From NCBI GenBank assembly GCA_002633005.1, contig NMRA01000303.1, forward strand, positions 459,947-520,930: a DNA stretch of 60,984 nucleotides, written 5' to 3'. Every line of letters starts with the position of its first letter. Position 1 is the first letter of the stretch. This document shows, in pieces, positions 53,001 to 60,984 of the stretch. The position numbers and the translations under genes were made by a program. The notes below the pieces were generated by a model, which was given only the letters and a program-made list of their open reading frames with translations, made no database searches and was not told the origin of the DNA. The stretch is from Phoronis australis (Eukaryota > Animalia > Phoronida).

Positions 53001-54044
53001 ACTAAAGTGTGTAGTTGTGATACACATTCATTTTTATTTGGGTAGTTCTGTAAGGAAATATTTGTATTTTGCTCACGTTGTGGCAACAAATCTAATTGGC
53101 AAAAAAATGCCGCCCCTCCCCTTTAGAAATTTTATTCTTTTGCCAATTTTGTACTGAATATTGTCAAAAATTCTACTCCATTATCCAAAAGGCGTATATC
53201 AAAACGTCACCTTGACTGAACCGTCGGATTTTGTTTAGCCAGCTGGCTTTCTACCAAGGCTAGCTTTTGTTAAGCCTACGTTACGTCGACTTATGAGGGA
53301 ATCACCGTACACGACCCAGTTCTTGAAATGATAGCCAGTTGAAGGAGTGAATACTAGAAATTGCTTAATACATTATCAAACTACATTTAGCAAGAGTTTC
53401 AAACATAATCACAACTTTCCTCGATTGACCAGGAAATCGTGTCTGGAGGGGCCTGCTATTAATCACTAAACACTGCTTAGTGCTATTGTATTAACAGCAA
53501 CCGATTCTACGCGAAGTAAAAACAACAAATAAATTTTTTTCTACTAATTATTAAATAAATGCCTTGTATCCGTACATAAATAAGAGCCAAATTTCGAAGG
53601 AAATTGCTGTACAAAGAGACGCTATCGACTTTTCATGTTTTGGTAAACTGTTCAATTTTACCTCCAATGCTGGAGAGCTTCATAGAATTGCCCAAAATTC
53701 TGCGTATTAGGCGGCATTTCACAGGAATTGTGAAAAAACTCCCACAAATTTGACGATGGAATACTTTTATTTCACCTTAGTTTGGTAGAAGAAAATATCT
53801 CACTTTAAATAATTAGGAACCACTTTTTAATAAAAGCCTTTGAAATTCCACACTTACTACCCATTTCCCTATTGGAATACATGGGAATATTGGATGTGCT
53901 ATAATCCATACAAAAACATTTTTTGGATTTTTAAAATAACTTTTTACTTTATTGGTTGATATCCTTAATAAAACCCCATTGTCAAAATCCATGCATTTTA
54001 ACTTGCCTCCGCCGATCTCTGCAGGTTTTATCAGATAATGCCTC
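48516..54044 (+). mobile_element. Sola3-like DNA transposon, internally deleted and decayed
   Basis: Left end TTAA|GAGGCATTACCTGAGAAAACCTGC. Right end GCAGGTTTTATCAGATAATGCCTC|GTAA (24-bp TIR, 2 mismatches, imperfect TSD). N-terminal exon remnant ~49350-49737. C-terminal remnant WRTAKQISSFF..RLA and HPIMYVGENLC...RK...CAC (50620-50992). Confidence 0.6.
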
Positions 54045-55512
54045 GTAAGTATTTTGTAGTCGAGAATAAACTGTTGTATCTGTTCTATATTTACCGACAG
54101 GAGCATATTTTTAATATGATTCAGCAAGTATAGGATGCATGACGCCATTTTGAGTCGTCTTAATGTTACACCGTTAGTAATTCAGGAAACAACGCTTTTT
54201 GATAATCATAGTTTATTAGTAGTTTGTACATCTACATGTAAACTAAATATATAAAATTCGGAATGAATAATTTTCGAAAAATCCACAAGCTATGACTACA
54301 ATTGCAATTCACTGAAAAAATCGTTTTTCAATATCTCGCAGGATTACATACAGGGTAGTAAAATACTTTAAGACTGTTTATGCAAAATTGCAGAATATAT
54401 AAAATCTCTGATACAAATCAGCTTTAGTTGTCACTAAAGGATGCATCGTTTTTGCACCTAAATACTAAAATCTGTATAGACGAACTGCCGCCTCGTCGAT
54501 AGATGGCGTCACACTCTGCGCTCACGGAACTTTCAATCCAGGGTCCAATCGTTCATCGAAGGCACTGCACTTCACGTGCCAGTGCGATGTGTATAGTAGA
54601 AAAGACGCCACGAGCTGTTTGTGGTGTTGCGTTTGCCTAACGTCAGGCAAATCAGAGTGTGTATCATTCCATCGATTCATGATAGGCTGTGTGTTCGGCT
54701 AACTAAAACGCGGGATTTTCTTTTCCGGTTGACGTCACACGCAATCTGCGAGAACGTCTTGCAAAGAAGACGGCCACGAGAGCTGTGATAATTAGCAGAC
54801 AGGCTAAAATAACGACGACCACGTAGAAGACGGTACTGCTGATGTATCTGTCGGAAGCACCTTCAACTTGATTCTGTTCTGGCCTATCATTTCCTGTTTG
54901 GAATGAAGTTGAAAGGAAAAGTTGATACGTGTACGTACATGTTTAACGTAAATTTTCGTACGGTTAGTTACTGAATACGGCTTTTCATTAAAATTGCAAT
55001 ACGTCGTTGAAAGCATATTCAAAGTACAAATTCGGATGCGGTATACTCTAAACCTACGTGCTTGTGTTTATACATGTATGTTTGAATGTCATGCTTCATA
55101 TTTCACACATGTAGTTTTCAATGTCCCTCTCGATTATTTTTGAGACAAGACGTTTTTGAACAAACCTTGATCGCCGTTCTTCAATCCGAGAACAAGCGTA
55201 ACCCTTCTAATCACGTGATCCTCCACGTCACGTCTTCTTCTCGCAGTTGTGTTGCAACTCGCATCGTCCTATAACACAATATGTACATTTGTATTGTATT
55301 ACATCATTAATCAGTGAATGTAAAGTAGGATTTAAAAGTATGGCGATGCCTGAAGGAACAGTTTTATTCTTTTTATTGATATCTCTTGAACAGAGACGGA
55401 AGCAAGAAATACGATAGTACCTGGAATTTTGCAGTATTAACTCAGTATCGAGACGCCTGTTTTGCTGTGCCGTAGTGATGCTGTTGCACCCAGGAGGCGG
55501 CATAGAGCGACA

Positions 55513-57271
55513 CACACGCATGTGTTGACGGTCGGAGGGTACGGAACAAAACAGGTGGTCATGGGGGGACTGTGTTCAAGCGGCGCAAAGTTGGTGACGA
55601 AAGGATGAAGGATGTGGGCGGGCGACAGCGATAGTCCTAACTACTCTATTGTATTTAACCCCAACTCGCCCCTCCGTTCCCTCTTTTCTTCCCTCTCCCT
55701 CCTTGTTTCTGTTTGATAATCTGTCCGTACGCCCGTTCACCCATGTGTCACTTTTTCATTCCTTACGTTTGTCCGTTCCTCCCTCTCTCCGTCCGTCTGT
55801 CAGCCTGTCCCTCCCGCACATGCTCTCTTCTCTCCCCCGTCATCTCCCCCCCTATACCCTCTCTTCTTTCATTCTGTCGGAACACTTGGAAACGTACCTG
55901 CTTGCTTGTAGTGTCACTACTGACGCGTCAAGTACCATTAAAATGTCAAAGTTAAAAAAAAAACAAAAAAACAAAGTAAATTAGGCCACATTCAGGTAGC
56001 CCTGTGATTTACAAGCACTTCGAAAATTTATTACCAGACTATGGACCAGATCATTTCTAATCCTTTTCAAGCTTCCGGTAGCATACAGAGCACATCGATC
56101 TAACAAAACCTACAACTTTGTCATAATACTGACAGATATGTCATCACTAAGCTTCTGAGTAGTGAATGCGAAAGGTCGGGTTTTGCCGTGTAGTAAGAAC
56201 AAGTCTGCACACGCATTTGATGACGGTCGGAGGCCACGAAACAAAATAGGTGGTCACTGGGGGACTGTGAAAGCGGCACACATTTGGTGACAAATGGATG
56301 AAGGACGTGGGCGGGCGACAGCGATATTCCTAACTTCTCTACTACATTAAACCCAATTCTCCCCTCCGTCTCTCCCTCTTTTCTTCCCTTGACCTTCTGA
56401 CCCGCTCTTCCCCCTCCTTGCTTCTGCCTGGTAATCTGTCCATACGTCCGTCCATCCGGGTGCTACTTTTTCATTCCTTACGTTTGCCGTGTCTCTCTCC
56501 CTTCATCCACTCGTCACCCTGTCCCAGTCACAAATGCTCCCCTCTCCCCCCTCAACACCCATCCCCATACCCCTCTCCCCTCTCCCCCCTCATCACCCAT
56601 CCCCATACACTCTCTTCCTCCATTCTGTCTGTACATTTGGAAACATACCTGCTTGCTTGTTTCCAATGTGAATTCTATATCGCATTCAACAGTAACCTTA
56701 GCGGAACTCAGTTGGTCTTTGCCTCTGAATGCCTGGATCTTGACGCAGGTTGCACCATCACTGGAATTGTATTTAAATCCTCCCGTCGGCATGTCTTTCA
56801 CCATTCTATCCATCATGATGCACCTAGTTCGTGTATAACGGTTGAAGATTTACTGTCACTACTAACCAGTCAAGTATCATTTAAATGTCGAAACAAAAAT
56901 TAACAAACTAGGCCATATTCAAGTTGCCCTGTGATTTACTAACACTTCGAAGAATTTTACCTGAGTATGGACCAGGTCAATTCTGATACAATGCATGCAA
57001 CCGTTGTTGGAGCACACCGATCTCACAAAACATGTAACTTTCTACAAAAATAAAGTTCCAAATTGCCACCGGGATTACCTGAATCTAAATAATTCATGAC
57101 CTGCAAATGTTTTTGAAACGTGACGCGACTGTAAATTAATATTCCTATAGGTGGGTTCAAATCGCGTCATAATAGTGACAGATACGTCATCACTAAATTT
57201 CCGAGTGGACGCACAAGATGCCAGAGGCCTGGTTTTGCACTTGCAATCTTGCTGTAATGAGAACAAGTCTG
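55513..57271. repeat. Old tandem duplication: unit 1 ~55513-56208, unit 2 ~56209-57271, each with a CT-rich tract
   Basis: Shared blocks GACGGTCGGAGG..ACAAAA.AGGTGGTCA, GGATGAAGGA.GTGGGCGGGCGACAGCGATA, TACCTGCTTGCTTGT, GCCCTGTGATTTAC, GTCATAATA.TGACAGATA.GTCATCACTAA, AGAACAAGTCTGC. Confidence 0.9.
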
Positions 57272-57708
57272 CTAATATTTTCTATTCTCGTTAACAACTT
57301 CATCTTCTCATTAACGCATATTTTCTCACCAGTTGTATTTCAACCACGATTTTTTTCTCTCAATGACAGCATTTCGTTTCTTAAGAACGCCGTTCGTTTC
57401 TCTAGAAGAATTCTTAGATCGTAGGAATTATACTTTTTTTGGCGTTGAGTTTTTACGCCAACACTAGCGTATTATCTTACTTGGATCCGGTCAGATTACC
57501 TCCACATGTATACATGTACAGGTGCATAGTTTTCAGAAGAAAAAAAGTGAAATAATCTTGTAATATCGGACATCGAAAGCAATGACAAGTGACCATTTCT
57601 GCTTTTGTTAGCTTGTTCTGCTTCTCATTGTCGTAAATTGTCACTTTTAACAGACTCACGAAATGTCATCGATTTTTATACGTTGTTTGGCAGTTCTATA
57701 TGAAGTGA

Positions 57709-58588
57709 CAAAGGGTTCTTAAACAAGTACCTTTCTTCGCGTTGAAATGTTCTTATTCAACGCGAAATATTGTTTAATTAACGTCTTGTATGGGTTAATC
57801 AACGATCTGGATTAGATATTCAACGCGTCGAATTGGTTTTCAAACGATTATCTTTCTGCTGATATTCAACGCACGCTGTTGCTTAATCAATGCTTTGTAT
57901 TACTATACATTAAACACTATTTAATCCAATGCATAGACGGCGCAGGACTGAAATAAGAGGGGGGGGGGGGGCTAAAGCCCTCCAGCCCCCCATGGTGCAC
58001 CGCTTATGTGACCATGGGTGGCGCAGCACTGGAATAAGTGGAGGGCTACAGCCCTGCAGCCCCCTATGGTGAGCCGCTCATGTAATGGTATTATTTAATA
58101 AACTCCATCAATTAGTAAGTCGTTATTTCCAATCAGTGACAAGTTTACAGTCAATACACAACACCAAGGGAAGGCAGCACAGACGAAACATTAGGACTAA
58201 TTACATTTTTGTGAATATTGAAGTTTGAAACATACTCGTAACTCGCAATGTAAATAGAGCCATCATTTAGTAATACATGCTCACTTGATAGAAATCTGCA
58301 ACAATCTTCGAAATAAGTCTCGCACGCATAATAAAGGAGGTCTTCCGCTATTCTGCGATTTGAGTGCATGAACTACGTGATTGGACTTTACACTGTATGA
58401 ACTGTTTGAAAGTACGCTCTGAATAAGCAATAGTAGGCGTTGAATAAGCATTTTTTTCGCGCAGAAAAGTCTTTATTTATGAACCATTTCAGGGTGTTGA
58501 ATAACTACAACGCGTTGATTTAGAAAACGTAGTGCGTTGAATACACACAGTTCAAAGCGCTGAAATCTACCCGCTTAAGAACCCTTTG
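57709..58588. mobile_element. MITE with 14-bp TIR and inverted subterminal repeats, containing nested short GC-rich elements
   Basis: CAAAGGGTTCTTAA ... TTAAGAACCCTTTG. Repeated ATTCAACGC on the left arm and GCGTTGAAT-like motifs on the right arm. Confidence 0.75.
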
Positions 58589-59728
58589 GGGCTTTATATT
58601 TCCAGAAGAGCCGATTCGTAGACAAGACGGTCGCGTCATCAAGTGACTGTGACTTCTGATTGATTACTTCCTCGTCAGAGAGCGATTTTTTTCGTGAAAA
58701 AAGCCGAGATCGGCGTACAATAAAATTTAGCAAAAATATAAAGCTATATACTTATGTATGAAAATACTACAGCGAACCGTTATAAACATGTAAATGAGTC
58801 CTATGTTGGCGTTATTCATTTCATTTTACAAAGGAATATTCGTCATAAAATGCACAAAAAGAGGCCACATCAGAGTAGCGCGTGCGCTGCATCATGGTTT
58901 ATTTCATGAATTGGAAGATTGAAGAGGGATTTTATTTTGGTTGCATGTAAAATTACAATCACTCGACTTCGTTTATGGACAAAGAATTGCCATCACAGTA
59001 TGACTTGTTCAGAGCAGTAAATAACTGAGTTCGAACGAGTTGATGTGTGGTTGATGAGAAAAGTCGTAAGAAAATTGCACTTTTGAGAAAAGGTTGCACG
59101 TGCTTACCGTGAGGAAGATTGAATGCCCTGAAGAACCAAATACATTAAAGGTTGAGTTGATGTGAAGTCCAACATAAACGGATTACCTAGTGTGCCACAG
59201 TATGAGTCAAGCCGCAAATAAAATTACTGAATTTTATTCGGTCTATCGCTTCACCCAATGCTAATTTTCTGACGGATGACCATGCATGGTACTTTAAAAA
59301 TCCATTTAAATAATTTCAAACATACCCTTTGTCATTCGTAAACATAACTTTGTCCAAAGAGCATTGCTTGCCTATGACGCCCTTGAAGGCTGAAAGACAA
59401 TAAAATTAAAAGTGCAAATATGAATTATTAAATGGCGATGACGTTACTTCCACACCCCTCCAGTTATTTGGGTCATGTATCACCCGAGGGAGGCTAACGT
59501 CCTAGAGTGCCGGGATGATTTCTCCAAATCCCAAGACATCTAGACAGATGAAAAAACCGCCAAAACACACAGCAATCTATTTATCTCACATGCTTAGCAA
59601 TCAAATATAAAACCTACAAAACAAAAATAAAAAATCAAGTTCCGCTCTGCTTGGCGTCAGTCATCACTAGAGAGTGTTGTAGAAAACAACCACACACGTA
59701 AGAGTCAGAACACTGCAGTATGCACATC

Positions 59729-60131
59729 AGGGCCCGGGTTCTAATCTCTTCAATCGAAATGGAACACGAAGTTATGTTTGGAATCTTCTACTCTACCTTT
59801 GTGCGAACTCAAGATGAGTGTCTATTATTTTATACGCGAGTACATGATGATTTACATGGATAATTTTTTGTCCTAGTTTCACAGTTGATAAACCCAGCGT
59901 TAATGCTAACATTTCTAGTTAAAACTCGAATTTTCGAGATTTTACTCGAGTTTCTAGCACGAATATCAAGGTCACTAAGTGCTAACTTGAACTAGAAACT
60001 CATATGCGTAAACTATAATATATTCGAGCACAGTCTGATAACCACTTATCTTGAGTTCGCACAAAAGTAAAGAGAAATTGCCAAAATTAATTTTGAGTTC
60101 GTTTCGAGTACAAAGATTTGATTCCGGTCCT
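59729..60131. mobile_element. MITE with ~90-bp imperfect terminal inverted repeats
   Basis: Left TTTGTGCGAACTCAAGATGAGTG vs right CACTTATCTTGAGTTCGCACAAA. GGCCCGG / CCGGTCC ends. Confidence 0.7.
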
Positions 60132-60231
60132 AGGTTTCCTCGCCAAATCGTTGTCTTCCGCGGGAACTAACTGTATGGGTTATTACACTCTAGTTATTTA
60201 CTGTTCAAACTTGTATTGGGGGATTTACATG

Positions 60232-60393
60232 GAGTTGGTCATCATCAGAGGTCGCACACCCTGATGTAGTCACCTGACGTTCTGAAGGGGATGTTAAGTT
60301 TTTAGAGCGCATCTTCGTTCTAAAAACATATCGTCGCCTTCAGAATGTCACGTGACTACATCAGGCTGTGCGACCTCTGATGGTGACAAACTC
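60232..60393. mobile_element. Fold-back (palindromic) MITE, ~78-bp arms and 6-nt loop
   Basis: CATCAGAGGTCGCACACCCTGATGTAGTCAC... pairs with ...GTGACTACATCAGGCTGTGCGACCTCTGATG. Confidence 0.85.
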
Positions 60394-60410
60394 TATATAA
60401 AACGCCCCTC

Positions 60411-60984
60411 AGATGCAGAAACTCAATGCCGCAAAATCACAGGTCATCCTGTTCCACCGCAAACACAAACTGCGATCGTTCAGTCTTTCACTATTTGGTG
60501 TCAGGCTCACACCAAAAGCAGAGGCCACTCTGCTAGGGGTAACCCTTGATCAAAGACTGACGTTACAACCCCACGTCACACGCGTGTGTGACCGTGCAAG
60601 AACCAGAGTCAAGCTTATGTATCGATTGAAGGGCACAGGGTGGGGCGCTAGGAGTGACTGCCTACTACTGATCTACAAAATGTTCATCAGACCCCTATTC
60701 GAATATGACGCCATCGATATTTCAACCTGTGCTCCTTCCACAATCGAAAGACTACAGAAACTACAAAACTGGGCGCTGAGAATTGCTCTCGGTCAGCCCA
60801 GATATTGCCGAGCTGACACACTACACGAGCTCGCCGGAATGCAGACTGTCTCCGACAGGCTGCAGTCACTCCGCGAAGCCACGCTAAGCCGCATTTCCGA
60901 GACAAACCTATTCCAGGAGCACTTAAGGGTCCTGGCCCTGCTCAACTGGTAAAAACTGTCCCGACGGGGCAGTATAAAGACAAC
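60411..60984 (+). mobile_element. 5'-truncated LINE (I/Jockey-group), C-terminal part of RT, frame intact
   Basis: KLNAAKSQVILF, LLGVTLDQRLT, RLKGTGWGA, IYKMFIRPLFEY, LQKLQNWALRIALG. Uninterrupted 179-aa ORF, no YADD core, no RNase H before the stop. Confidence 0.88.

Noticed and set aside
55649-56640. Pro/Ser/Leu-rich plus-strand ORFs
   Set aside because: Result from CT-rich low-complexity tracts.

Overview
AT-rich eukaryotic DNA with introns, most likely from a marine invertebrate (lophotrochozoan-like; inferred, not proven). No prokaryotic features (operons, CRISPR, rRNA) were seen. The main content is two same-strand paralogous multi-exon genes that I spliced by hand at GT-AG sites with consistent phases. 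Gene 1 has 5 recovered exons (10223-16520; first coding exon not found). Gene 2 has 7 exons (29647-41947), is complete at ~375 aa and has a signal peptide. Both encode a short protein made only of a NIDO (nidogen G1-like) domain plus a C-terminal atypical 8-Cys module resembling a chitin-binding type-2 (CBM14/peritrophin-A) domain. The rest is transposon-rich: a degenerate RTE-X LINE split by a ~1.8-kb insertion, a Kolobok-like deletion derivative with TIRs and TTAA TSD, ISL2EU-like THAP/YqaJ remnants, a CR1/L2-like RT, a hAT remnant, a Sola3-like element, tRNA-derived SINEs, palindromic MITEs, minisatellites and a 5'-truncated LINE at the end. A ~2.7-kb near-identical duplication (41908-44696 vs 47410-50011) starts at a single N and is probably an uncollapsed allele. 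There is one 392-N gap (19061-19452).
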